This document shows positions 17,838-30,742 of a stretch of 35,562 bases of DNA, one piece after another. Both the position numbers and the translations under genes were made by a program. Under the pieces are notes generated by a model, which was given only the letters and a program-made list of their open reading frames with translations, did not search any database and was not told the origin of the DNA. Positions within the stretch are counted from its first letter, which is position 1. Each line of letters begins with the position of its first letter. This DNA is from Folioceros fuciformis (lineage: Eukaryota): positions 240,486 through 276,047 of the forward strand of contig JBNGIO010006258.1 of the NCBI GenBank assembly GCA_049999805.1. The letters are read 5' to 3'.

Positions 17838-20176
17838 GGGGAGCCCCGACCTCCTCCACCTCGCCCCGGCAGCAGCACACAAGGCTACCCAAGACTATGT
17901 CCGATCAACCAGGTCAAGACCTCCGCACCGCAAGGCAACTTCATGTGGGGTTGGCATAGTTGAAGGAGTCTTTGGTGGGGCGAAGTGGTTGGTAGTAGCT
18001 GTCGCCAGGATGCTGCGGATGCGGGGCCGAGCCGCCCTCGTGCCTTTTTGCTTTCAGTGACGATATATATTCGGTCAAGCAGTGAAGAACCTTCTCTTCC
18101 GTCGCGAGTCGGTGAAGGTACTCACTCACTCACGCCATCAACCGGCCTTCGCTGTGTTGTGCATCAGTCCAAGATGTTCCAGTCAACTTCTCCACCTCAG
18201 CATACAGGCATGTTCCTCGTTCCCCTACTCATGCCCCATGGCCACCACATTCGACCTCGTCCCGTAAGACAGGGTGGGTGAAAGATGTGGTCACCGTTAA
18301 GAACCGGTTTGCGACCGGTTTTCGAAACAGCCATCTCCCTCCCGGAAGCTGCTCCCGTTTTCGTCCAGGTCGGAGGATGGTGAAGATTTCTCCTTACCGC
18401 AACTGAAAACCTCGGAGAAGGTGGGCTCCAGGTCTGTGAATTCTAGCATCTTTCTGCATGATGTGCGTACGCAGGAGGGCCCGCCTATGACTAATCCTCA
18501 TCCTGTTACTCTTGATGGTGTGCCGGAAGCCTTGTCCCTGCTCTGGTGTTTTGAAGTTACAAACAGCCAGGCTGCTTCATATCGGTACACTCTGAAAGGA
18601 GGACAACAGCCAGGACTGTCAGATACCACACTAGAGATCCATGTTCAGCAGCAACTTCTCCTTGAGCTTCAACTCAGTGATGACTGCATCAGGAAATTTC
18701 TTAGATTATGTTTTGGAATCGCAGCAAGCAAGTCTGGGAACAACAATCCAAGCTGTAACTCTTGTTCAGAAGGATCTGCAGACCTTCTGGACAGCAGGAT
18801 GTAGAGGAAGAGTGAAGTGGCAGTGACAGTCATATGACGCCACTCACTTTTCCAACCCCACGGAGCTATACTCGACGCACAACACTACTCCACTACCAGA
18901 ATCCGCCTGGCTTCATCCTCCACTAACGACGCATCTCGATGTGTGGTTCTCTAGGTGCAACGTGTGGTGTGAAAGCTCGAGATGCTCTCAGACGCAGGAT
19001 CTAAGCGTGCTCGTATCCAGAACTTTTCTACTTGTGTGCCTTGTTGGCGTGCCTCCCAAGGTAGTTCAGTTCACCACGACGAAGAGATGATATCATGCAT
19101 TCACGGACAGTCTCTTTTGTGTGCTAACAATTCGTTTTCGTAGGAATCGAGGTGCAATGTGTTCCTCAGACATCCTTCGGGACCCTGGAGAATATTCTTT
19201 CCATGACGTAGGAAAGTTCGGCATTGGCAAATGATCTTCCATCGGTTGGAGGGCATAGGTGGGGCTTGAGGAGTGGGAGATAAGGGGTGGGGATTGAGGC
19301 GTGGGAGTGGAGAACTGTGGCTTGAGGTCTTTGGGGTGAACGGAGATTAAATTTTGCTACTTCGTAGTCGCCTGGCTGTGTCTCTGTCATCTCCTATGTG
19401 CAGAGAAGATTCCACCCGAGGTTCGTCTCATAACATGGGTCCCATCACCAGCATGGGCATGGGTGAGGAACGTACATGCACATTGCAGTCTATCTTGGTT
19501 AAATAGTAGCGAGTTGTGCGATCTCGACCACTAACATTGATCCAGAGTAAACTATATGTACATACATACCTTGCCATGGCGTCCGGATAGTGGTGTAGGC
19601 AGTGAAGCTCGGTGCTACTTGATTCAAAGCAGTGTAGGCGAAGCCGGAACCTAAAGGAGGCGTGGCCTGTTCGTCGTGACAATAAATAGCATTGATGGAG
19701 AACGGCGTTCAGCCAAGACTTCTTCCACGCTACTACTACCCAGTCGACCACCACATTGCTCTCGTCCAACCTGAGGTCTCGTTGGGACGTGGTAACGTTA
19801 CCTTTTTGTCTTTCCCCGTTCGCAACGACGGTACACTCGGCTTCTTGAGCCAATTTTGGGGACAGCTGCCGTGGGTAATTACCTCCTCTGTACCATCGGG
19901 ATGCCTGTCCTTCCAGTGTCCGCCAGAAGGGAAGAGCTTTGACGGTGCCTGGGCCTGCTGTCTGTGCCGCTCCTTGCAGCTGTTCTTCTTGCTGGTCCAG
20001 GCTGCGATTACGCCGCTGGCTGTCCTGTTTCTTCAGGTGTCGTCTTCTAGATTCTGAGGTCCTCTACCACGCTTTGTGCAGATTTTCAGTATGTTGTAGC
20101 CAGCATTCGGTCTTGCTGACTGCAGATCGCTTTCGGATGCATTAAAGCGCGTCATCGGTCCTTCTGTGCAAGCAGA

Positions 20177-22150
20177 ATGGCTGGCAGCCCTGGAGAGGTG
20201 GAGGAGGAGGAGGTGGCGCGGATAAGCGGTGATGAGAAAGTGGAGCTAGGCACATGGTTTCTGACCATGTCGCCTCCGGATGAAGTTGCGGTCGTTGCTA
20301 AAGGTTTGTGTGTGACGCGCGTCAGATAGGTTGACTTGATGTGAATGCGGATTCCGCCGTTAGTGCGAGAGTGAGTTCTAGCTCCACGCTGCAGGTTTGT
20401 GAGGTTTAATGCTAAGACGTTGTGCGTTTGGTGCAGATGTGAAGGTAGTGCTTGGGAATGATAACCTCTTTGATATTGCTGCGAAGCAGGCGTTTCCTGT
20501 ATATAACCGCCAGTATATGATTCCTCTTGAGCTGTCGGATGGCAGCGGCAGGGTAAGGGCCGGCGTTTGATTTGTTCCGACTGGAAGCTTCTGTAATCAG
20601 GCCTTGACTAATTGTGTTGACAACCTTTTGTTAGGTCCTGGACCTCTCATAGAGGTAGGTGTACTGGTCGGCGTCTGAGGTGTAATATGCTGATTTGGCA
20701 GGGACTCTTGCTGCTGCACTGTGGTGTGGCAGGTCCTCGTCACTCAGTTCGGTGAGCTGGATGCCTTGAGCTACCTCGACCCTCGCACAGCTCAAGTCGC
20801 AACGGTTGATCATGTCAAGCAGGTTGCTTGAGTGTGAAGACTTCTGGGATGTTGGGACTCAAACTTGCTCTGCCGCTTTAAGCTTTTAAGCGCCCTCGCC
20901 TTTGTCCCCAGGTCTGCACAGCTGTCCGGCCGGCCAGTGATGATGAACTTCCGTCAGCCTTTGTGGAAGAATATAGGTGAGTTATTGCAATGCTAATTGC
21001 ATGGTTGGTTGCCAGTGTTGGATCTTGCCACTACAATTCATTTGGTTTGCTTCTTCCTTGTGAGCGTCAGGCTTTCTAATCTAACTTGCTTTTTACTGCA
21101 CCGAACAGAGCAGCCGTGGATGCGGAGCTATGCAAATATGTGGAGCGAGCCTTTCCAAAAGGGGACTGTGCCGTGTACGTTACAGCGGGAAAGGATGCTG
21201 AATATGGGCAAGAGATAGAACTCACAGGCGTCATTCGGAACTCCAGATTTAGAGCTGAAAACTTCTGGTCAGCTCAGCTCCTACAGCTTTTTCAGTTTAC
21301 AGTACAGTTTCTGTTTCACAAATCAAGGTATGGTGACCATGCAACGGTCTAATTCTGCTGCGGGTCTCGTGACTGGGCCTTCGGGATCTGCTGTCCTGCA
21401 GTAGTGGTTGCTGGCTGTCCACGTGGATCATCAAGATCAATCACGAGGTGCAGCTGAAGGGTTATATAAAGGTAGCAGTTGTTTGCCTTGAGGAATTTCT
21501 GGTAATTGGAATGGTCACTCAATGTGGCCAAGCCGCTGACGTTTTTTGTGGTTGCCACCGTTGCAGGTGAAGGCCCACTATTTTGAGGAAGGAAACGTCC
21601 AATTGGACACCAGCACGGAGTGCTCAGACAGCTCAGGCTTTCAGGTGGTCTGTCTGCTTTGTCCTGCTGGCAGTGTAAGCTTGTTCACTCCCCAGAGGAA
21701 ATCTGAGTGATTCCTGGAATCCTCTGCAGAACGCAACAGATGCGGGTGTCACTATTGCAAATATCATCTCCCATCAGGAATCAGAGTACTTGACTACTTT
21801 GGAGGTACAGTGGGCAGTGTTCTGCATTGTGACTGAGGGTTTGGATCTGGGTCTGCAGTTTATGCACTCTCTGCTGACGGGGTTCATGGCAGGACTCATT
21901 TGCCAAGCTTTCTGACAATGTGTTCAAGGTATATTTCGTGCTTGGTCCATCTTCCACAATCATATCCCATCACGGTCTTTTTTTTATGCTGGTTTATATT
22001 TTGCTAACGTACATTCTGGTTGTCGAGCAGGAGTTAAGGAGAAAACTTCCAGTGACAAGAACGCAGTTTTCATGGAATCAAGCTTTGCAACTAAGTCTCT
22101 CCAGAGAACTTGCAAAAGAAATGAGTGGAAAAAAGACAGCTGCGTCTTGA
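20177..22150 (+). CDS. CPA: F-actin capping protein alpha subunit
   Basis: About 10 short exons: MAGSPGEVEEEEV...WFLTMSPPDEV, VLVTQFGELDALSYLDPRTAQVATVDHVKQ, ELPSAFVEEYR, ELCKYVERAFPKG...NSRFRAENFC, SGCWLSTW, VKAHYFEEGNVQLD, ANIISHQESEY, KLSDNVFK, ELRRKLPVTRTQFSW. HYFEEGNVQL and LRRKLPVTR are CapZ-alpha signatures. Confidence 0.95.
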
Positions 22151-22464
22151 CTCCTGGAATTACGTGGCAGGCTGCACCATGTGAATAACTGGGTGGTGGT
22201 GGTTGGTGCTGGTCTAGTCAAAAAGGGGTGAGTATATTTCCTAAAAATTGCTTGGAGAGTGTGCCGAAGTCGTCCCGGGGAGACTGGCCTTGTGCATATT
22301 TAAAAGCTTCAGCGAAGTCAGGATAGATGGTCAGCTCCTTCTCCTTGTGGCAACGATGAATCTAGTGACTTAAGGGGCTGACGAGACATCGCCCGGCTGA
22401 GATGGTCCTGGGAAGGATGGTCTGTTATACTACGGTTGACGGGGTATTGGTATCCGGTTGAATC

Positions 22465-22578
22465 GGTTCTTATCCGGTTCTATCGATAGTTTCTTATCCT
22501 GTTGAATCGGTAGTTTCTTATCCGGTTCTATCGATAGTTTCTTATCCGGTTGAATCGATAGTTTCTTATCAGGTTGAA
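22465..22578. repeat. 24-bp tandem repeat, ~5 copies
   Basis: TTCTTATCCGGTT(C/G)(T/A)ATCGATAGT units, reading as (Q/E)PDKKLSI repeats in minus-strand ORF 22430-22903. Confidence 0.88.
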
Positions 22579-23056
22579 GTGTTGTGGTTGCCGACTGAAA
22601 TGGTGGTTCGGTATTCCGCTTTCCGGACGGGTTTCTTTCTGCCGTCACATTAGATGGTGTGGCCGCAATTACATCTGTCCGGGATCTTCGTTTGCTTGTT
22701 GACGAACCTGTTAGCTCCTCCAGCGTCAAGCGGAGGATGGGAAGAGATTTCTCGTCATTTGCCTCAGCGTATAGAACCTTCTCGTTGTCGCGCTGTTCTG
22801 CCTTGACTGGGACAGCAGCAACTTTGTTTGATTGTAAGCTTAACTTGAGTTTTGCTTGAGTCCATACGGCTAGCTGTTTAACAATCCTCAATCCGGCATC
22901 CAAACTCTGCTACATGCAAAGATCATGGGTTATCAAAAATAAATCTTAGAAATGGTGAATAGATACAAAGTTCCCTAAAGGGGAACAACAAAATAATCAG
23001 GACAAAGCTGGTCCAAATTCGGAGAGCCAGTGGCGATGAAATAATTCCATAGCCAG

Positions 23057-26000
23057 TCAATAATCAGCAGCTGAAGTCCTGCGAGAGCCTCGCCTCACAT
23101 CATTCTGAGAGTTTTGCATTTTCGAATGACCATGCGGCTTATAACCTAGATCAGCACTCCCATCGTTACTCCCTATGTCCGAGCTGGCATAGGAGGAAGA
23201 CTTATGCATGGGAGACAGGGGTGGGAGACCTGAAAACATCTTTCCAGACTCCGAATCAGACAAACTAGACAGTGAAGGCTTCCTTCTATGCCGATCGTGA
23301 GGCATACTCGGTGTGAAGCCAATGCGACTTTTTTGGGATGGGAATGACACAGGAGGGTTAGCATACGCTTGCATACGCCTTATTGCATTGAATTCTGCCT
23401 GTGTGGTTACCTCCATGAAACATATAGTGTTGATGCGAGTCCTCCGCAACTCAAAGGGCAGCACCTCTGTACTGATTTGATGAGCAAGTGCCTGCACGTC
23501 CATCGACACGCCCTTGGTCAGGTCAATGCATACTTCACACGGTTTCCATTGGTCAAAGCATACTTCACACGGTTTCCATTGGTCAAAGCATACTTCACAC
23601 GGTTTCCATTGGTCAGGTCAATGCATACTTCACACGGTTTCCATCCCACTCAAACCAACATCCATCGCCAATACTCACAAGAATGTCATCCGGTGACATT
23701 TGCATTACTCTCTCATCCATGTTTCCATCGTCGCTGCCTCTGCCCAAACCCCTACGAGAGCCAGCAGCTTCTCCAGAATCTCCTAGAAGCTCTAGTACCT
23801 TCTCCAACAGCAGATCCCTCAAAGTCACAGAGGCTTCCTGTGCTGCTGGACTGAGAAATGCTCGTAGAATAGCTTCGATATAGTCCAGCTGGCGAAGAAA
23901 TAAAACAGAGTTGATCAGAGAGTGCAGTCAACGGACCAGAATTCATATGGACCAGACTGCTGCATTTCTTCTCAGGGCACTGACCTCCAGCATCAGTTGA
24001 CAGAAGCCATTGATGTCCAACGTTCTCAACACCTGAGTCTTCTGCTCACTGAAGATATTAACCAGGGCATGCATAAGCCCCTCCACGAGAACACCAACCA
24101 CCCGTTCGAGGAATGGTCGTGCACCAGCATACACCTACACAAGGTAGCCAATGTCAGTGCACATCACAGAAACATGGGTAAGCATCACTGATCAGGTGGA
24201 GCGAACGTACCTCCGCATGCACAGCAACAAGAGGATGGAGCAACTCCACAACATCATACCGAATACCCTAAATTACGAGAGGATTGCGTAAGCAGTGTTG
24301 CACGTAACAGAAAAAACCTGTCATGACGTGACGGCTGGTTCCAACACAAATAGTAGACAAACCTTCACTGGAGGGGCAGAGGCTAATTGCATGGCATCGT
24401 CTAAAAGATAAGCAGCAGCTGCAACGCCTATGACTGAGGCCTGTAGGAAATCAGTTATTAGAATTTGCTACCAACGGATAAGGATCCAAGGACCGTTTGA
24501 ATGATAAAGTGCTCGGAAGTGCTCACTTTTGAAGATGAGTACATTTCAAGAATCTTTTCCTCCAGATCTGTTAATGCCTCGACAGCATCCTCCGCAGTCG
24601 CTGCATTATCATCGTTAGGCCCCTTACCCTTGGGGACTTGGCTCACACTGCAAAAAAGAACATCGTATGAATTATAACCCCTGGTGTTCAGCAGAACATG
24701 AAAATGAAACATCAGTGTGACTTGTTGAAACCTTCCCTTCGGCCTTACCCAGGATGGAGCCACACTGGCTTGTATTTCTTACTTAGTTCAGGCAAAAGGT
24801 AGGTCTTGCAAAACCCACAGTTGCTCAAAACCATAAGTAGTCTTTGGTGAGGGCTGACCACTTCCACACCTGCTTGAAGGCCTACAAACTTATCATCTTC
24901 AATGAGGCCATTCTCTGACTCTTTATCACTATGAAGTGCTGCCTGAGATAATTCCAGCGCCAATTTCTCCAAAGAATCTGGCATCAGAATATGCCATAAC
25001 ATGATGAGATGACGGCCACAGTTTTCAAATTCCATATTCAAAAGCACAAACAGAAAAGAATACCAAATGTACCAGCTAGGTCAAGAAAACATTCGAAGAA
25101 GGTAAATCTCACTGAGTCCTGCATAGAGAAAACTTGCTCCATCATATCCTCATGCAGCCCTGAGGCTTCACTTCTTAACCTCTCAATCATTCTGCAACAT
25201 TAAAGCACCATCAGTGACAACATTGCTCTGCAGTTACAAAGGGGATAAGATCATGAAGCTACAACTTTGAAAACGCATTCTAACCCCGACTCGAATTCAC
25301 ATAGGTTTGCCGTAGCTGCTGCTGCAGCGTAGAGAGCTCACTCTTTCATGTGCTCCATGGAAGAGACAAGCATCTCTTGGAATCTCAGTGGTAGAGCAGA
25401 TACGGAGAAGGGAGACCCGTATCTCTCTGCCGTTGGCACTGGTGACCAATCTTCATCATAAACGAGCTCTGACGTGGCCCCTCTCATCAATGTACACAGG
25501 CGCAATACAAAGACCTTTGTAATTTCCGTCCGCAAAACTAGAAGTGCTTGCACTGAACGGAGTGATGATCACAACAAAAAACAATGTCTTAGAATAACTC
25601 CACATATACCGTATCGCATCTTTTGGAAGACCAACACATTGCACCACACCCCATAATGCTTTAATACATGGACCCTACCTGCACTAAGAGGAGCAGCATC
25701 TTTTGCTTCTAGAGCAACGCACGCTTTTGAAATCTCCCCCACTGCCTCCCGCATGTAAGGTCGCACAACAGTTGCCTCTGCTAGAGCTGTGAAGGCGTTT
25801 TGCACCTACCCGAAGCAATTCAATTCCAATAGTAAGCAGCTTTTCCCACCCATTTCACCGCTCACAGTAAACACAAGACAAGAAATGGCTAGCAGCAGTA
25901 AGCAGCCTTGGATAGTAACTACAGATCTCAGAACTGGTGCAAATATGCAAGGAACTCACATACCTTACTCTCATACAGGGCAATGATATTATGAACCATC

Positions 26001-28970
26001 GTCACGACCTCTTCTATTGAGTGATTGCTGTACTTTGATTCTACCACCCTATCTTCGAAGGGGTACTGAGCAGAGAGATCTGACGCTTTTGATCCCTTGC
26101 CAGTTTTGGGGACGCTGCCAACAGAAGAGCCCGGTTGGCCGACCTAATGCACAAAAGTTATAAGACCTCCGAATTCAGGAGTAACAAATACACGTTATGA
26201 GCAACTAGGGCAAAGAATCAGACCTTTGAGAATTTCCCACTAAAGATTGAAAGAGCCAACCGCCAAAAGTTGGGCACATGCCGGATGAGAACAGCAGTGA
26301 GCCGCCTGATTAATCTTCCTAAAAGGGCATCGGACTCATCACCGGCTGATTCCTTCAAAGTCGGTTCTCCCACATCCTTGTCATTGTCATCAAGCAATAG
26401 GGACAAGTCTACCTCTGTCTGCAGGGCAAAACAACAGCACTCTTCACAAACTGCGCTTTGACCAGCACAGCAAACCCGAACTCCAAATGACTTCAACTCT
26501 TCTTACAGTCTTATTTGACTCTCGCTGCAGCTGCTTCCACCGAGCATCTGATTGAACTTTCTCCCGAAATCTGCCATGAAGGGCATCCATCCGAACTTCA
26601 TGCTCAACAGTGCATCCCTCAAGAAGACCTCGAATCCTCCGGTCCTATTATCACATAACAATGCAAACAAGATTGTGTCAAGCCTGCATGTCAAGCTTGC
26701 ATGTCAAGCTTGAGAGCGAGTAACACAAGAACAAGATGGTGTCCATTCTAATAACATTCAAGGGACAGCCTCGCTAGAAGTACCTGAATATTAAGGTAGT
26801 GCCAAACAGGATCTGAATCCGGCTCCAGTTCCAACAACAGGCGAATTGTGTTTTCCAACTGGAGAAATGAGAGGAAAACAGGGACTTCAATGTAGTTGAT
26901 ATGCCTCAAACACATGCAGAATACACAACGAAGTGGTAGCAAACCCAATCACATGACTGGATACCTGTGTCATCTCCACCTGAGGGTCTTCCATAGTTCT
27001 GTACAATGATTCTTTGAATTCTTGCACAATCTTGTCAACCTCTTCCAGAACTCTTTTGAGAATGCCAACCTGTACAGATACACATGTACGGGGTAGTCGA
27101 TAAAACAGGCAACCAATACGTCCTACGATTCAGCTAGGACGTCAATGCCATCAATCCATGTCAGCTTCAATGTACCTACATGTGAAGGGAGAACTATTGA
27201 CTTCGCTTTCTTGTACTCTCTGATTGCAAAATCAAAGTCTCCTTTGCTAATATTGTTCCTAATCGTGCTTGGAAGATTGAACAACGTCCGGAACCGTTGA
27301 AGGAGCCCCTGCACAGACCTTATTCTCTCTGCTTGAGCCTGCAGAGCGAGTGCACACATTACTTTCAAGTATATGGCCAATGAGCTTGAGAAGGTGACTA
27401 ACAAAGCTGATGGTATCTAATAAGCAACCTGTCTTTCAAGGAGTGGTCCAAAGGCACGTCTAGCGACAGCATCCACATCAAGTATTGCAGCACTGAGGTG
27501 ATTTGTGCCTGCGCCTTCAGGATCCGCTTCTATCTGTTTCAGCTTGGAGTGAATATCTGAAAGGAGACAAGCCCAATCATGTAATGGTGGCAAAAGAGAT
27601 CACAGCATAAATAATTAATACTTTGGACACTGGTCAACATGTTTATGTGAGTGATGACAGAACGTGGCCAGAAGAACCTACCATCTATGGTGTTTTTGCA
27701 GGATATAAAACAATCAAAGTTCTCCTTGACCAGCTTCTTCAACTGTTCTTTCCGATTCTGTAGATCCTGCTTCAAGGCTCTGTCTCCAGATTCCAGTGAA
27801 GCTGAACTAGTGCTCTGGTGAATTCTGGCAAGAAAGTACTTCGGGTCAAATTTTTCAGAGTGGTACATCACTTTTTCTGCATGACAAGGTGCCAAGATCA
27901 GCGCAGGCAACTGACACGAGATACTAACAAAAGCTACTTCGCCAGCAATTCTGACCTCGGACAACAGGATCTCGAATAATAGGAGCCTCCTGCTCAGCCT
28001 CTTTACCCTTTCCGGAGCCACGAGCTCCAAGAGCAGCTGAGCTCTCTTCATGTGTCATAAGAGTCAAGGTCTTGATATTTATGACACTGCCATTCAAAGA
28101 CAGCACAAGGGCACGACTTTCTTCATATCCTCAAGGACCCTAATCCCACAGATATGGCTTTCATCATAATTAACAAAATACAAATTGGCATTACCCAAGG
28201 CCAAGGGGATCAATCAGGTCCTCTCCACGAGGGAGAACATCAATAATAGTGGTGGATCGCCGCATCCGTGTAACACTTGCGGCAGGAGCAGCCCTGGTTT
28301 CACGCATTTCACGAACCCTGCGGACAAGCTGTGACAGAACAAAATCAGTATTGCAAACTACCACCAAATTTGATCACAGGCCAGGCAGGCCAGGGCAAGA
28401 TCCTACAGAGATGAAATCAATCAAAGCCCGACATCCCATTCGGGCCAGGTTCTCAGCAATCGTATTCCTTCTGGTGATGGAAATGCATCAGGTGCCCTGT
28501 CGTGCTCTTCCTCAACCATTCACAGCTGCAAGTGCCGAGCATTTCAGTGACGCGAGAAATACCTCGGCTTCGTCCACAAACTTCCAGGCCTCAGGCTCCT
28601 CGTCATCCTCATCCCACCCAAGGTCGCTGTCATCATCAAAATCGTCTCTGTTCGCCTGCTTTGGGTCTCCACCTGCTGCAGCTGAAGTTTTCCTTCGGGG
28701 AGTGTCTTCCTCTTCAGACGATATACTAAGAAGCTCCACCTCCGACTCCTCATCGTCCTCAATGGGAGGAGGCGGAGGCTTGGGCGGAGTCCGCTTGGGG
28801 GGAGTCTTCGGAGCCGCCCGCGGTGGAGGACCTGGGCCAGCCAGGGCGACCACGGGAGGTGGGTAGTTCGGAGGCCGCTGGAACTTAGCCATTTCCCTTT
28901 GAGCCTGTTCCTGCACAGCTTGGATCAAAAGCTCGTCCTCCTCCTCCAGCTCCTCTTCATCGCCCACCAT
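23057..28970 (-). CDS. SEC5: Exocyst complex component SEC5 (EXOC2), multi-exon
   Basis: Exon peptides MVGDEEELEEEDELLIQAVQEQAQRE, EDDEESEVELLSISSEEE, EPEAWKFVDEAE, YHSEKFDPKYFLARIHQST, LKKLVKENFDCFISCKNTID, QAERIRSVQGLLQRFRTLFNLPSTIR, IRLLLELEPDSDPVWHYLNIQ, FWRLALSIFSGKFSK, HQRLLMVLSNCGFCK, LDINGFCQLMLE and ELRRTRINTICF all match plant SEC5. Not every exon boundary was resolved. Confidence 0.95.
23515..23644. repeat. 30/35-bp tandem repeat (4 copies) inside the last SEC5 intron
   Basis: TGGTCA(GGTCA)A(T/A)GCATACTTCACACGGTTTCCAT x4, arranged long-short-short-long. Confidence 0.92.
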
Positions 28971-29385
28971 GGCTACGGACACCAATCTCGGTCCAGCACC
29001 CAGCTAGCTCCGCGCACAGTGTCACATATGGCGACAATCACCAGGACAAGAATCCCGCAGCAAGCTCCGAATCCAAACTTGCGAATTCCCCGGTCCGCAA
29101 CGACACCGCAGATCAGACCGCCGGCATGCGACCCGAGGCAAACCAGATCCAACTGATATAGCAAACATTTCCGGCACAATGCGGCTACCGATGCGCCAGC
29201 CAGGCAAACCCTGGCATGGAAGAGCAGATCTCAGTGCATGCAAAGCGCATGTCCTGCAGAGCTCTGACAATCACGGCTGGAGTCTACGGCCGAACCTAAG
29301 CGCCGGCTGGCTCGGTGCCGAACCTTTTAACCAGGTTTAGCCAGCTTTCTACCCGTGGACCGCCGAGCGCGCGGAAGAGTGAGTG

Positions 29386-29892
29386 ATGGCGGGAGTTAAA
29401 GTGAAGCCGGCTTGGAGCGCACGACTAGCGATCCAGCTGGTACGAGGATTGCCAGGCACCATGGCACTCCATCGCCGCACCGTGGCGGCGCTGGGGCTGC
29501 GTAGGCGCCATCAAACCGTTTTCAGGGACAACACTCCGACAATCCGGGGTCAGATCAATCAGGTGAGCACCATTCCAGTACCTCATCAGTTTGTTTCCGG
29601 CCTTGTTTGGGATTTGAGTCAGCCTGACACGGCGCTGTCGTAGATTTGTAACATTGAATGATATCTTCAAATTGCCACGAGAATTGGATTCTTGTGAGCC
29701 TTGCATGGCTCCGCCAGGGTTTCGTGGTTGTTTTTGCTCGATGGCTCTGTTTTGATTGTTTCCTCGTTGTAGGTGAAGAGGCTGCTGTATGTCGAGACAC
29801 AGGAAATGTATGATGCAAGGGTGAAAGCTGAAGCTGAGCACAGAGCACTCAGGCCACCGCTCATCTTTGAGCATACCCCGGCAAAGAACTAG
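29386..29892 (+). CDS. RPL30: Bacterial-type (probably mitochondrial) ribosomal protein uL30, 98 aa
   Basis: Exons 29386-29562 and 29773-29892 (phase 0): LAIQLVRGLPGTMALHRRTVAALGLRRRHQTVFRDNTPTIRGQINQ|VKRLLYVETQEMYDAR...HRALRPPLIFEH, matching plant organellar uL30. Head-to-head with SEC5, 415 bp apart. Confidence 0.92.
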
Positions 29893-30742
29893 AGCTGGAT
29901 GAGTATGGATGATTCCTGCGAGCCTGCTGCGAAATTATTTTGCATAGATTCGAGTGAGTCCTGAAGAGTTGATCCTCTTGATGCCATGGTGGTTTCGTTC
30001 TTTTCAAGTGAAAATTGAGCTTTTTAATTATCCAGTACAGCACGAGCTCAACGCAAGAGAGCAGAGCCGGGGTAGGGGCAAGCGGCGCCACCATCCGCTT
30101 CGCTCGAACCGTCGCTCGAAACTTTCAAACACGACCAGGAGGATGGCCTCGAAGGTCTGCAGACGAATGGTTTGCACTGACAGTAAGAAAACGCAATTTC
30201 GGCACGCAGATTTCTCAGGAACGGCGATATTAGATCACGTCCAGGTGGCCGAGACACGGAGCAGTAATGCAGAGAACATTACAGGCATTCAGAAAAGTAT
30301 CTAAATGTCCAAATCGGATGGCTTACCTCAATCAATAGATTATTTTATTACAGTTGGTACGTAGGCAAACATTAAACATCGAATTGTCTGTCCAGCACAT
30401 TAGCTTAAACCAATGAGACACAGGTACGAAGTCTCCGCAACTTGGAAGAGAAAATGGATCTCCTGGTGCCCTTTAGCCTAAGGAAGGGGCCTAGGATACT
30501 AGAAGAGGCAGTCTAACTTTAAATAAGACTTCAGTCAATGGCCTCAGTGACCCCGATAAACAATGTGAGATCGGCAGCGCCTTATGCTGCTGAATCCTAT
30601 GACGTGGTCCGGAATTTTTCCGGCCTATACGTTTCTCTGGCAGACCTGGGTGAATGTGCGTGTAGCGCTCCTCGCTCACGTCCACACGCCTCACAAAGTA
30701 ATACTAATGTACACTCAAGCTTCACGTCCATATAAGCCAAAA

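Noticed and set aside
14863-18060. Numerous overlapping antisense and alternate-frame ORFs over the RLK (and similarly over the PPR and ELL genes)
   Set aside because: Shadow ORFs caused by high GC and codon bias; no recognisable domains.
23515-23644. CRISPR-like array (also considered for 3820-4243 and 22465-22578)
   Set aside because: Units are head-to-tail with no unique spacers, there are no cas genes, and the context is eukaryotic and intronic or intergenic.
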